Source: an uncultured Dehalococcoidales bacterium
GTDB lineage: Bacteria; Chloroflexota; Dehalococcoidia; GIF9; AB-539-J10
NCBI GenBank assembly: GCA_964552485.1
Contig: CAZKHH010000002.1
Coordinates: 1 to 45,964 of the forward strand
Reading direction: 5' to 3'
DNA length: 45,964 nt
The position numbers and the translations under genes are program-made. The number at the start of each line of letters is the position of its first letter. Positions within the stretch are counted from its first letter, which is position 1. The notes under the pieces are model-generated. The model did not search any database and was not told where the DNA came from. It saw only the letters and a program-made list of their open reading frames with translations. Below are positions 26,958 through 36,874 of the stretch, in pieces.

Positions 26958-27296
26958 ATGACAAACTACGACAGCGAGCTGCTCAAGGGAAGCACGGACT
27001 TCCTCATACTGAGCGTTCTTGCGGGCGCTCCTACCTATGGATACGACATCATACGTCAGTTGCGCGCCCGAAGCAGCGGCTACTTCGAGTTCAGAGAAGG
27101 CACGCTCTATCCAGCATTGCATCGCATGGAGAAGGGTGGGCTGCTAGAGGGACGCTGGCAGAGTCTGCCGGGCGGACAAGAGCGACGCTACTACTACCTC
27201 ACAGCGCATGGCGCCGAGGCCCTTGAGCGCAGGCGCGCGACATGGGCCGATTTCTGTGCCGCCGTACGTGCGGTACTCACCACGGAATCTCACTGA
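26958..27296 (+). CDS. padR: PadR family transcriptional regulator
   Basis: The sequence LLKGSTDFLILSVLAGAPTYGYDIIRQL...FREGTLYPALHRMEKGGLLEGRW is a typical PadR winged helix. Confidence 0.9.
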   Translation: MTNYDSELLKGSTDFLILSVLAGAPTYGYDIIRQLRARSSGYFEFREGTLYPALHRMEKGGLLEGRWQSLPGGQERRYYYLTAHGAEALERRRATWADFCAAVRAVLTTESH

Positions 27297-28201
27297 TGTC
27301 CGGACGCCCAACCATTCACAACAGGCTCACCGATTTCGTGTGTGCGGTGGTTTCCGCCGTAAGGGTGGATTCCCGCGACCGCACGCTTATCGACCGCGAA
27401 GTGCGGGCCCATCTAGAGGATTCCTCAACTGAACTGCAACAATCCGGGCTCGACGAAGAGGAGGCGAAGCGGGCGGCTGTTGTTTCATTCGGTGACGCAC
27501 GGGCTATCGCGACGGAGCTTGCGGCGATTCATTCGAGTGGAACCTGGCGCGACGCATTCCTCACATCGCTGCCTCACTTGCTTGTCGCCCTCCTTCTCAC
27601 CGCTTATTTCAGGAGCAGCGTGGAATGCGCCATTGCGTTTGCTGTCGTTGCGAGCATTGGTGTAGTCCATGCCATTCAGAAGAAAGCTCCTCCTTGGTCC
27701 TTCAGCTGGCTCGGCTACTGGCTCCTCCCCGTCATACTCGTTGCCTTCATGCTGCTGGGCGCCACACGCTGGTGGGCCCTGGCGGGCGTCGCCTACACGC
27801 CGGCAGCTCTCCTCATCATCATCTATGTCATCAAGCGCACCGCATCCCGAGACCTGCTCTATGTATCACTGATGTTAGCACCCTGGGTGGTAGTCTCGGC
27901 GTGGTGTGTCGCCACCCACAATCTGTCGGACCTTCAGCGCGGCACTGTAAACGCCTACGGACTGCATGGCTATGGAAGAGACATGGTGGGGACGTTTGTC
28001 GCCCTGGCGATTTCAAGCTTCGTATTTGCCCGCCTGGGCCCACGGTGGGCCAAGGCGCTCGCGCTGCTTGTGCCACTGGCGATGGTGTTCGGCTACATTA
28101 CGTTCCGATGCTCGGACACGCTGACTCCATGGGGCTGGCTCGTCTCAGCCATCGCCATGGTGCTGATATCGGTGCCTACAGTGCGGGAATTCTGGGAGTG
28201 A
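27296..28201 (+). CDS. PadR-associated membrane protein with an N-terminal HAAS/DUF1700-like helical domain
   Basis: The start codon overlaps the padR stop (TGATG). The N-terminal soluble segment VRAHLEDSSTELQQSGLDEEEAKRAAVVSFGDARAIATEL resembles the DUF1700/HAAS pattern. About 6 hydrophobic TM segments follow. Confidence 0.65.
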   Translation: MSGRPTIHNRLTDFVCAVVSAVRVDSRDRTLIDREVRAHLEDSSTELQQSGLDEEEAKRAAVVSFGDARAIATELAAIHSSGTWRDAFLTSLPHLLVALLLTAYFRSSVECAIAFAVVASIGVVHAIQKKAPPWSFSWLGYWLLPVILVAFMLLGATRWWALAGVAYTPAALLIIIYVIKRTASRDLLYVSLMLAPWVVVSAWCVATHNLSDLQRGTVNAYGLHGYGRDMVGTFVALAISSFVFARLGPRWAKALALLVPLAMVFGYITFRCSDTLTPWGWLVSAIAMVLISVPTVREFWE

Positions 28202-28206
28202 TCGTA

Positions 28207-29262
28207 TCAGGCTTCGCCCCAGAGAGGAGCCTGTCTTGTCTCCAGACGCGTGAATGGCAGACCCAAGTGTTCATACGCACGGCGCGACGCCACCCTTCCA
28301 CGCGGCGTGCGGTCAATGAATCCGAGTTGCAACAGATAGGGTTCGTACACATCGGTTATGGTGTCTGCATCCTCGCTCACCGAGGCCGCGATGGTATCCA
28401 ACCCCACCGGACCACCATCAAATTTGTCGATAATGGTTATCAGAAGTTTACGGTCAATCTCATCAAGCCCAACCGCATCAACGCATAGCCTGGAGAGTCC
28501 TTCTTCAGCAACCGGCTTCGTGATTGTGCCTTCCGCAACCACTTGCGCGTAATCACGCAGTCGACGCAGAAGCCGATTGGCAACGCGGGGTGTGCCGCGC
28601 GAGCGACTCGCCACCAGTTCGAGCCCCTGATCATCAGCCGGCACGCCCATGATTGAGGCGGACCGCTTGAGGATCGCAAGGATCGCTTCTTCGTCATAGA
28701 AATCGAGGTGACATGCAATACCAAAGCGGTCGCGCAAAGGTGGGCTGAGTAGAGAGAACCGCGTGGTTGCACCGATTAGTGTGAATGGCGGCAGGTTAAG
28801 TCGCAGTCCGCGTGCTCCAGGCCCCTTGCCCAGGAAGATATCGAATACGAAATCCTCCATGGCAGGATAGAGCTTCTCTTCGACAACGCGACTGAGCCGG
28901 TGGACTTCATCGATAAAGATGACATCCCCTTCGTGCAGATTCGTGAGCACCGCGGCAAGATCACCGGGGCGCTCAACAGCAGGCCCGGACGTCACCTTTA
29001 TGTTCACGCCCAGTTCACAGGAGACGATATGCGCGAGAGTTGTCTTTCCGAGTCCAGGTGGACCGTGCAGAATCGTATGGTCGAGGGGTTCGCCACGCTG
29101 CTGTGCGGCAGCGATGGCGATCCCGAGATGTTCCTTTACCCTGGACTGGCCAATGAACTCTTCAAGACGTTGAGGACGCAAGCTGTATTCAGCCGGTGCG
29201 TCCTCAGTCGACGAATTGCCGGATATTACGCGTCCTTCTTCGCCTTCGTCGTTGCGAGCCAT
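28207..29262 (-). CDS. ruvB: Holliday junction branch migration helicase RuvB
   Basis: The motifs [12 protein letters not shown], Walker [10 protein letters not shown], Walker [10 protein letters not shown] and the C-terminal winged helix are present. Confidence 0.97.
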   Translation of the reverse strand: MARNDEGEEGRVISGNSSTEDAPAEYSLRPQRLEEFIGQSRVKEHLGIAIAAAQQRGEPLDHTILHGPPGLGKTTLAHIVSCELGVNIKVTSGPAVERPGDLAAVLTNLHEGDVIFIDEVHRLSRVVEEKLYPAMEDFVFDIFLGKGPGARGLRLNLPPFTLIGATTRFSLLSPPLRDRFGIACHLDFYDEEAILAILKRSASIMGVPADDQGLELVASRSRGTPRVANRLLRRLRDYAQVVAEGTITKPVAEEGLSRLCVDAVGLDEIDRKLLITIIDKFDGGPVGLDTIAASVSEDADTITDVYEPYLLQLGFIDRTPRGRVASRRAYEHLGLPFTRLETRQAPLWGEA

Positions 29263-29307
29263 ACTCCCTCAGCTCCGGGGAACCCGGCCCTGCCGGGTCC
29301 ACATGCC

Positions 29308-32300
29308 CTACGCGGTGAGCAGGCCGCTCATCTCCTCGTCTTCTTCTTCCGCAGGCGGCAACGAGAGCCTGCTTTCGTCCTGAGTACGTTCCTGCGAAGG
29401 TATCAGCTTACCAAGGATAACGTTCTCCTTGAGTCCCCTGAGCTTGTCCACTTTACCACGAAGCGCGGCGGCGGCCAGAACCCTATTGGTCTCCTGGAAC
29501 GATGCTGCTGCAAGCCAGCTATCCTTATTAAGGCTCGCCCGGGTGATGCCAAGCAGTACTGCCTGTGCCGTCGCAGGTTCGCCTCCTTCGGCAAGTATCC
29601 TCGCGTTAACCTCATCATAGTCGAAGCGGTCGACCAGTTCGCCTGGGAGAAGTTCCGTGTCTCCGGACGATATGACCTCAACGCGCCTCAACATCTGCCT
29701 CACTATAGTAGCAACGTGCTTGTCATGGATGCTGACCCCCTGCGAACAGTACACTCGCTGAATCCCGTCAATAATGTACTGCTGCGTGGCTTCCTTGCCC
29801 ATGATGCGCAAGATGGAGTGCGGATTGATAACGCCCTCGGTAAGCTGCATTCCGATGTGGACAGGGTCTCCCGTCCGGACGGTCAGCCGGGCGCCGGCCG
29901 GTATCGGATATTCACGCTCTTCAACCTCTTCGTAGGAAACACGCACGACGCCGGTCTCAACCTTTGCCCTTCCGGAGACTCTGGCAACACTCTCATACCC
30001 GCCGGCTGTCGCAGGAAGGTGCGCCTCTTCTTCCCCGGCATCCTTCACGGAAGGACGGAACAAGACAGCGCCGACCTCAATAACCTGGCCATCTGAGACA
30101 ACCACCTCGGCTCCCTTCGGAATCGGGTATTCATCCTCGTACGTGGTGGAATTGGATATCTTAACGATGCGCGCATCTTCGGACTCGATAACCGTCGCGA
30201 CACCGTCAATGGCCGAGAGCACTGAACGACCCTTAGGAGTACGCGCCTCGAAGAGTTCTTCCACTCGCGGCAAGCCGGTCGTAATATCGGTACCGACAAC
30301 GCCACCCGTGTGGAATGTTCGCAGGGTGAGCTGAGTGCCGGGTTCGCCGATACTCTGTGCGGCGATTACACCCACCGCAGTTCCCAGCTTCGCCGCTGCC
30401 CGGGTCGCAAGGTCACGGCCATAGCAGTACTGGCAGATGCCAAACCTGCACCGGCACGTAAGAGGAGAGCGTACAAGTACACGCTCAATGCCTGCTTCGA
30501 CAAGCTTCCTCGCCTTATCTTCATCGATTTCTTCATTGCGGTCGACTATCTTCTCGGCCGAGCGCGGGTCCATAACGGCATTGGCCGCATAGTAGCCAAG
30601 CAGGCGCTCGCTGAACGGAGGCAGATTGCCACCGCTATTGCTCGCTTCAATCCAGACTCCTTCATGCGTCCCGCAATCAACCTCCGTCACAATCACGTCC
30701 TGAGACACGTCGACCAGTCGCCGTGTCAGGTAGCCTGAGTCGGACGTTCTCAGAGCGGTGTCGGCAAGACCTTTGCGTGCGCCATGCGTGGAGATGAAGT
30801 ACTCCATGGGTGACAGACCTTCACGGAAACTCGATTTGATCGGGAAGTCGATGATTTTTCCCGCAGGGTCAGTCATAAGACCACGCATGCCGGCCATCTG
30901 GCGTATCTGCGAGATGTTACCCTTAGCGCCAGAGGTCGCCATCATGTAGATGGGACCGTACCGGTCAAGAGACTTGGAGACGTCTTCAAGTATCTTGTCA
31001 GTTGCCTCCATCCACACCTGGACAACGTTCTCGTAGCGCTCGTCCTCGGTTATGAATCCCCGGGCGAACTGGTCCTCGATAACGGCCACCTGCTGGTCGG
31101 CATCCTCAAGGATAGCGGCCTTTCCGGGCGGTTCCTCGATATCACTCATAGCGACGGAGACCCCCGATTTGGTTGCATAATTGAACCCCATAAGCTTCAG
31201 GTTATCGAGTACTGCCGCCGTGGACTCGTGTCCGAGAATACGCACGCAGTCCGAAACCAGCGAGCGGACCGCCGACTTATTCATGGTCTTATTCTGGAAG
31301 CGCAACTGCGGTGGAAGCGCGTCATTGAAGATAATTCTGCCGACCGTCGTCTGCAATCTCTGGCCCTCGTACCGCACTTCGATTTCCGAACCCAGTTCGA
31401 CGATGCCCGATTCATAGGCAAGCTTCGCATCTTCCATGCTGCTGAATACTTTGCCTGCTCCCTTCGAATGCGGCTTGGGAATCGTCAGGTAGTAGCAGCC
31501 CAGCACCATGTCGAGACTGGGAGTAGTAACAGGACTGCCGTTACTGGGCAGCAGCATGTTGTACACGCTCAGCATTCTCTCGCGCGCTTCTCTCACAGCC
31601 GCTTTTGACAGCGGCACATGCACCGCCATCTGATCCCCGTCGAAGTCGGCATTGAAAGCGGTGCAGACGAGGGGATGCAACTGGAACGCATCGCCGTCGA
31701 TCAGCACTGGCTCAAACGCTTGAATACTCAAGCGGTGCAACGTTGGTGCGCGATTCAGCATGACCGGTCGCTGTTTCACGACCTCCTGTAGCAGTTCCCA
31801 GACCTCGGGGCGGGCACGCTCAACCTGTCTGCGCGCAACTTTCACGTTGTTCGCAAAGCCCTTCTCCATCAGCTTATGCATGATGAATGGCTTGAACAGT
31901 TCGAGCGCGACACGCCTCGGTATTCCGCACTGGTGCAGTTTCAGTTCCGGGCCGACAACGATAACCGAGCGTCCGCTATAGTCGACTCGTTTCCCGAGCA
32001 GGTTCTGCCGGAATCGGCCCTGTTTGCCGGCAAGCATTGCAGACAGGGACTTGAGCGCATGGTTGTTGCCAGTCGTCACAACTCGGCCACGACGACCGTT
32101 GTCCACAAGCGCGTCAACAGCCTCCTGAAGCATCCGTTTTTCGTTTCTGATAATGGCCTCAGGCGCACCCAGGTTCATCAATCGACGAAGGCGATTGTTA
32201 CGGTTGATGACGCGCCTGTACAAATCATTCAGGTCGCTTATGACGAAACGACCCCCATCGAGTTGGACCACGGGTCGGAGCGACGGCGGAAGAACGGGCA

Positions 32301-33057
32301 GTACAGTCAGGATCATCCATTCCGGACGATTGCCGCTCTCCTTCAGTGCCTCGACGAGCTGAAGCTTTTTGCTCACTTTGTCGTACTGCTGGCGGGAGGC
32401 GGTGCGAACATCTTCGAGCAGCTTGTCATGGAGCTTCTCTATATCGAGGTTGCTGAGAACGTCAAGCACCACCTCTGCACCCATGCCCGCTTCGAACAGG
32501 TCGCTGTGCTTCTCATGGAGCTCGCGATACTCCTCTTCGGTGAGGAGTTTGTTCGGCTTCAGGTCGCGGAGCTTATCCACTTGCTCCGTTTCGCCGCTCT
32601 CCATCAGGTCTTTGACCCTGGCCTCGAGGCCATCCTGGTCAACCGACTTGATGAGATACCGGGCGAAGTAGATAACCGATTCAAGGTTCTTGGGAGAGAG
32701 GTCAAGCAGGATACCAAGCCAGCACGGAACCAGCTTGGCGAACCAGATATGGGTGACAGGCGCGGCCAGTTCGATATGACCCATGCGCTCGCGTCGAACG
32801 CTTGAGTGAGCCACTTCGACACCGCACTTATCGCATATGACGCCCTTATAGCGAATCTTCTTATACTTGCCGCAATGGCACTCGTAGTCCTTGACAGGAC
32901 CGAATATTCGCTCGCAGAAAAGGCCGTCTCTCTCCGGCTTTAGCGTGCGGTAGTTGATCGTCTCAGCCTTGGTCACTTCGCCGTGAGACCAGCTTCTGAT
33001 CTGCTCGGGCGAGGCAAGACTTATCTGTATTGCGCTGATGTCCTCAAATTGGACCAT
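29308..33057 (-). CDS. rpoC: DNA-directed RNA polymerase subunit beta'
   Basis: The sequence contains a Zn-finger ([23 protein letters not shown]), the catalytic NADFDGDQM motif and trigger-loop regions. The start is set at [23 protein letters not shown] (33057), preceded by GAGAGG, 16 nt after the rpoB stop. Confidence 0.97.
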   Translation of the reverse strand: MVQFEDISAIQISLASPEQIRSWSHGEVTKAETINYRTLKPERDGLFCERIFGPVKDYECHCGKYKKIRYKGVICDKCGVEVAHSSVRRERMGHIELAAPVTHIWFAKLVPCWLGILLDLSPKNLESVIYFARYLIKSVDQDGLEARVKDLMESGETEQVDKLRDLKPNKLLTEEEYRELHEKHSDLFEAGMGAEVVLDVLSNLDIEKLHDKLLEDVRTASRQQYDKVSKKLQLVEALKESGNRPEWMILTVLPVLPPSLRPVVQLDGGRFVISDLNDLYRRVINRNNRLRRLMNLGAPEAIIRNEKRMLQEAVDALVDNGRRGRVVTTGNNHALKSLSAMLAGKQGRFRQNLLGKRVDYSGRSVIVVGPELKLHQCGIPRRVALELFKPFIMHKLMEKGFANNVKVARRQVERARPEVWELLQEVVKQRPVMLNRAPTLHRLSIQAFEPVLIDGDAFQLHPLVCTAFNADFDGDQMAVHVPLSKAAVREARERMLSVYNMLLPSNGSPVTTPSLDMVLGCYYLTIPKPHSKGAGKVFSSMEDAKLAYESGIVELGSEIEVRYEGQRLQTTVGRIIFNDALPPQLRFQNKTMNKSAVRSLVSDCVRILGHESTAAVLDNLKLMGFNYATKSGVSVAMSDIEEPPGKAAILEDADQQVAVIEDQFARGFITEDERYENVVQVWMEATDKILEDVSKSLDRYGPIYMMATSGAKGNISQIRQMAGMRGLMTDPAGKIIDFPIKSSFREGLSPMEYFISTHGARKGLADTALRTSDSGYLTRRLVDVSQDVIVTEVDCGTHEGVWIEASNSGGNLPPFSERLLGYYAANAVMDPRSAEKIVDRNEEIDEDKARKLVEAGIERVLVRSPLTCRCRFGICQYCYGRDLATRAAAKLGTAVGVIAAQSIGEPGTQLTLRTFHTGGVVGTDITTGLPRVEELFEARTPKGRSVLSAIDGVATVIESEDARIVKISNSTTYEDEYPIPKGAEVVVSDGQVIEVGAVLFRPSVKDAGEEEAHLPATAGGYESVARVSGRAKVETGVVRVSYEEVEEREYPIPAGARLTVRTGDPVHIGMQLTEGVINPHSILRIMGKEATQQYIIDGIQRVYCSQGVSIHDKHVATIVRQMLRRVEVISSGDTELLPGELVDRFDYDEVNARILAEGGEPATAQAVLLGITRASLNKDSWLAAASFQETNRVLAAAALRGKVDKLRGLKENVILGKLIPSQERTQDESRLSLPPAEEEDEEMSGLLTA

Positions 33058-33073
33058 ATGTTCAAAGACCTCT

Positions 33074-36000
33074 CTATAGTTTTGCCCTGAGGCGGGGCTT
33101 CGCCTCACCGATAATGCTTATCTTCTCTTCTTCCTCGTTGAGTAGCTCGACCGCGAAACACATCGCTCTCAGCTCCATAAACAGGACCTTACAGGCCTCG
33201 GGGATGCTCGGGCTTTGCACATCCTCGTTCTTGATGATAGATTCGTACGCCCGTGCCCGACCGACAATGTCATCGGATTTCACGGTCAGCATCTCCTGCA
33301 GGATATGAGCGGCGCCATAGCCCTCAAGGGCCCACACTTCCATCTCACCGAACCGCTGTCCGCCGAACTGGGCCTTACCGCCGAGCGGCTGCTGGGTGAT
33401 AAGGGAGTACGGCCCGGTTGAACGGGCGTGCACCTTATCTTCTACGAGGTGGATGAGCTTCATCATGTAGACACCGCCGATGGTTACGGGCTGGTCAAAT
33501 GGCTCGCCCGTCTTGCCGTCGCGAATAATCATCTTTCCGAACGTCGGAGGATAAACCCGCTTCTCCTCGTAGAGTTTCTTGGCCAGTTTGCCCAGTTCCT
33601 CATCGGAGAACAAACGCGCATCAATACCCTGCTCTTCCAACCAGAGAATCAACGCCACGCGCTTGGCGCTTCCGACTTTGGCCACATCCATCACTTCGCT
33701 GGCCTGGAACCCGTGTTGCTCGAGCCATACACTCATTTTCTCGATGTTGGTGGCCATTGCCACACCGGGAGTGATGTCAACAGCCTGGGCACGCCAGGCA
33801 ATCCAGACCCGGCACAGCTCATCTTCGATCTCAGCAGTGTTGGCACCACCGAAGATGGGGGTTACCGCACGGAATCCATAGATGCGTCCGGCCCATCCGA
33901 GATGCGCTTCGAGCACCTGGCCGATGTTCATTCTGGAGGGTACGCCGAGTGGATTGAGTACAACATCAACCGGCGTACCATCAGGAAGAAACGGCATATC
34001 CTCTTCAGGAAGGACGATTGAAATAACGCCCTTGTTACCGTGCCGCCCCGACATCTTATCGCCGATGGACAGCTTCCGCCGCTGCACCACCCACACGCGT
34101 ACCAATCTGTTGACGCCCGCAGGCAACTCGTCGTGGTTTTCGCGTGAGAATATCCGCATCGACAACACCCGTCCCCTGGCTCCGGGAGGCATACGCAGTG
34201 AGCTATCCTTCACGTCGCGCACCTTCTCGCCGAAGATTGCCCGCAGCAATTTCTCCTCGGTGGACGGCTCCGTTTCGCCCTTCGGTGTTATCTTGCCGAC
34301 GAGGATATCGCCCGGCTTGAGCTCGGCGCCGATCCGTACAATGCCCGTGTCATCGAGATTCCCGAGGCTATCTTCGCTCACGTTCGGAATATCACGGGTA
34401 ATCTCCTCGGGTCCGAGCTTGGTGTTACGTTCCTGTGTCTCATACTTCTCTATGTGAATAGACGTATATACGTCGTCTTTCACGAGTCGCTCGCTCACGA
34501 TGATGGCATCTTCGTAATTGTAACCACGCCAGCTCATGAACGCGCAGATGACGTTCCGTCCGAGCGCAAGTTGTCCCCCATCGATCGAAGAACTGTCTAC
34601 GAGATTGTCGCCCTTGTGCACCTTATCGCCCTTTCGGACCCTGGGGCGCTGGTCGATGCACGTGCCCTGATTGGTACGGTGGAATCTCTCGAGCTTGTAC
34701 GTGTGAGGATCACCATTATCATCCTCGATCACTATCTCCGAGCCGGTCACGGACGTTACGGTACCGTTAATTTTCGCAAAGAGCGCCTGTCCGCTGTATC
34801 GCGCTACCTCGCTCTCCATCCCGGTCGAAGCAAGCGGCGCTTCCGGTCGCAGCAGAGGGACGCCCTGCCGCTGCATGTTGGATCCCATGAGCGCCCTGTT
34901 TGCATCATCGTGCTCCAAGAACGGAATAAGCGAAGCAGAGACGCTGAATATCTGTTTGGGCGATACATCCATGAGGTCGACCTTGTCATGCGTCTCACGG
35001 AAGTACCGTGGTCCGCGTTTCACGTCGACTTTCTCATCTATGAACTCGCCACGCTCGTCGAGGCGTACATTTGCTTCCGCAATGCTGTACTGCTCTTCTT
35101 CGTCCGCCGTCAGGTTAATCACTTCAGTGGACACGTACGGAACAATGGCGAGCATCTGTACCGGCAGTCGGGCGATGCGGCTTGCGACCTCCGAGGAGAT
35201 GCGCCCGCCAGCCTTCGCAATGATTTCGCCTTTTTCATCGGCAATATCCTGCTTCGGCATTCTGCCAACCAGTTCTCCGGAATCGCTCTGCACCTCGTGT
35301 ACCACCTTGCGGTACGGGGTCTCAACGAAACCGAACTTGTTGATAGAGGCGTACGTCGCGAGGGAGCCTATGAGACCGATGTTCGGTCCTTCAGGCGTTT
35401 CGATCGGACATACGCGCCCGTAGTGGGAATGGTGCACATCACGCACTTCGAATCCGGCACGCTCCCTTGAAAGACCACCGGGGCCCATGGCGGAAAGCCT
35501 GCGCTTATGAGTAAGCTCAGCAAGAGGGTTCGTCTGGTCCATGAACTGCGACAGCTGGGATCGGCCGAAGAACTCCTTTATTGCAGCCGTGACAGGCCTG
35601 ATGTTGATGAGAGCCGAAGGAGTGGCCGCATCCGAGCCAAGGATACTCATGCGCTCCTTGACCGCGCGTTCCAGCCTGAGCAGTCCCACACGGAATTGAT
35701 TCTGCAGCAGGAACCCTACACCCTGCGCACGCCTGTTGCCCAGGTGGTCGATATCATCCGGCGTCTCGTTGCCATTGTTCAGCAGCATGATGTGCCGCAT
35801 TATCTGAACAAGATCCTCGGGCGTCAGTCCCAGGTAGTCGTTGGGCACCTCGACACCCAGCTTCTTGTTCAGTTTGTACCGGCCTACTTCACCCAGGCTG
35901 TACCGGCGCGGATTGAAGAGGAAGTTGTTCAAAAGCGTCTTGGCGCTATTAAGGCTGGGCGGTTCTCCCGAGGAGAGCTTGCGATAGATATCCACCAGGG

Positions 36001-36715
36001 CGTCAGCCTGGCTCCGGATATGAGAATCACGCTCGATCGTAGAAGTCACATAGTCATGTTCGGGACTGACTTCGACGTCCTTATAGAGTTCGCGGATTTC
36101 TTCATCGGTACTGTAACCGACTGCCCGTAGCAGCGTGGTTGCTGTCAGTTTGCGCTTCCCGCTCACGCGCACCGAGATGACGTCTTTGGCGGACGTATCG
36201 AAATCCAGCCATGCTCCACGTTCAGCCACCAGCTTAGCGTAGCCAAGTTCTCGACCGCTTAATGGATCACGGATATGTGTGAAATAGACGCCCGGGAAGC
36301 GGGTCAACTGACTGACCACAACCCGCTCGGCGCCGGAAATGATGAACGTACCGGCATCCGTCATAAGCGGGAAATCACCGAAGAAGAGTCGCTCCTCTTT
36401 GATCTCTCCGGTCTCCTTGATGAGCAAACGCACCTGCACCCGAAGGGGCGCCGAATACGTCATCCCTCGCTCAAGGCACTCTTCAACGGAGTGCTTCGGT
36501 TCGTCGAACTCATAATCGACAAAATGGAGCTCAAGACGGTTCCTCGTATAGTCCCGGATAGGAGATATCTCCTCGAAGAGTCGTCGCAGTCCCTCCTCTT
36601 GAAACCACTTGAAGGAATCCAACTGGACGTGTACGAGATTGGGGACCTGGATAACCTCCGGGTGTTTCGCGAAGGAACGGACGACAGGATGGGAGGGAGT
36701 AGCAGACACAGACAT
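33074..36715 (-). CDS. rpoB: DNA-directed RNA polymerase subunit beta
   Basis: Conserved beta-subunit blocks are present ([16 protein letters not shown], the rifampicin-region segment [30 protein letters not shown]). I prefer the ATG at 36715 (MSVS...), which has an AGGAG Shine-Dalgarno element 6 nt upstream. Confidence 0.97.
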   Translation of the reverse strand: MSVSATPSHPVVRSFAKHPEVIQVPNLVHVQLDSFKWFQEEGLRRLFEEISPIRDYTRNRLELHFVDYEFDEPKHSVEECLERGMTYSAPLRVQVRLLIKETGEIKEERLFFGDFPLMTDAGTFIISGAERVVVSQLTRFPGVYFTHIRDPLSGRELGYAKLVAERGAWLDFDTSAKDVISVRVSGKRKLTATTLLRAVGYSTDEEIRELYKDVEVSPEHDYVTSTIERDSHIRSQADALVDIYRKLSSGEPPSLNSAKTLLNNFLFNPRRYSLGEVGRYKLNKKLGVEVPNDYLGLTPEDLVQIMRHIMLLNNGNETPDDIDHLGNRRAQGVGFLLQNQFRVGLLRLERAVKERMSILGSDAATPSALINIRPVTAAIKEFFGRSQLSQFMDQTNPLAELTHKRRLSAMGPGGLSRERAGFEVRDVHHSHYGRVCPIETPEGPNIGLIGSLATYASINKFGFVETPYRKVVHEVQSDSGELVGRMPKQDIADEKGEIIAKAGGRISSEVASRIARLPVQMLAIVPYVSTEVINLTADEEEQYSIAEANVRLDERGEFIDEKVDVKRGPRYFRETHDKVDLMDVSPKQIFSVSASLIPFLEHDDANRALMGSNMQRQGVPLLRPEAPLASTGMESEVARYSGQALFAKINGTVTSVTGSEIVIEDDNGDPHTYKLERFHRTNQGTCIDQRPRVRKGDKVHKGDNLVDSSSIDGGQLALGRNVICAFMSWRGYNYEDAIIVSERLVKDDVYTSIHIEKYETQERNTKLGPEEITRDIPNVSEDSLGNLDDTGIVRIGAELKPGDILVGKITPKGETEPSTEEKLLRAIFGEKVRDVKDSSLRMPPGARGRVLSMRIFSRENHDELPAGVNRLVRVWVVQRRKLSIGDKMSGRHGNKGVISIVLPEEDMPFLPDGTPVDVVLNPLGVPSRMNIGQVLEAHLGWAGRIYGFRAVTPIFGGANTAEIEDELCRVWIAWRAQAVDITPGVAMATNIEKMSVWLEQHGFQASEVMDVAKVGSAKRVALILWLEEQGIDARLFSDEELGKLAKKLYEEKRVYPPTFGKMIIRDGKTGEPFDQPVTIGGVYMMKLIHLVEDKVHARSTGPYSLITQQPLGGKAQFGGQRFGEMEVWALEGYGAAHILQEMLTVKSDDIVGRARAYESIIKNEDVQSPSIPEACKVLFMELRAMCFAVELLNEEEEKISIIGEAKPRLRAKL

Positions 36716-36832
36716 AGCACACTCCTGCAACACAGTAAGTTTTTACGAAACAGTCTCTTTCAAAGGCGCAAAGGTAGGAAGAATCACGAGAGGGGTGGGG
36801 CGAAATGAAGCATTCTCATGCTGCGACCAACT

Positions 36833-36861
36833 ACTATAGCACCGGTACGAGTGACTGTCAA
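36833..36861 (-). promoter_or_regulatory. Candidate rpoBC promoter (TTGACA-N17-TATAGT)
   Basis: On the minus strand TTGACA lies at 36856-36861 and TATAGT at 36833-36838, with a 17-nt spacer. The promoter sits directly after the mutS stop and gives a leader of about 110 nt to rpoB. Confidence 0.6.
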
Positions 36862-36874
36862 ACAAGAACCAGGT

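Noticed and set aside
28900-30096. A 398-aa plus-strand ORF spans the ruvB/rpoC junction. Similar long antisense ORFs occur elsewhere, for example 2601-3551, 9824-10819, 18873-19880, 31876-32805 and 34454-35470.
   Set aside because: All of them lie antisense to genes with unmistakable conserved products. Their translations are Arg/Leu/Ser/Pro-rich with no recognisable motifs. This is typical of open antisense frames in GC-rich coding DNA.
26916-36861. An identical 11-mer, TTGACAGTCAC, occurs in both the padR promoter (plus strand, 26916-26926) and the rpoB promoter (minus strand, 36851-36861). This raised the idea of a shared regulator site.
   Set aside because: Six of the 11 bases are the -35 consensus, and the rpoB copy has no inverted partner (no TGTGTGAC downstream). 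A chance 5-nt extension is plausible.
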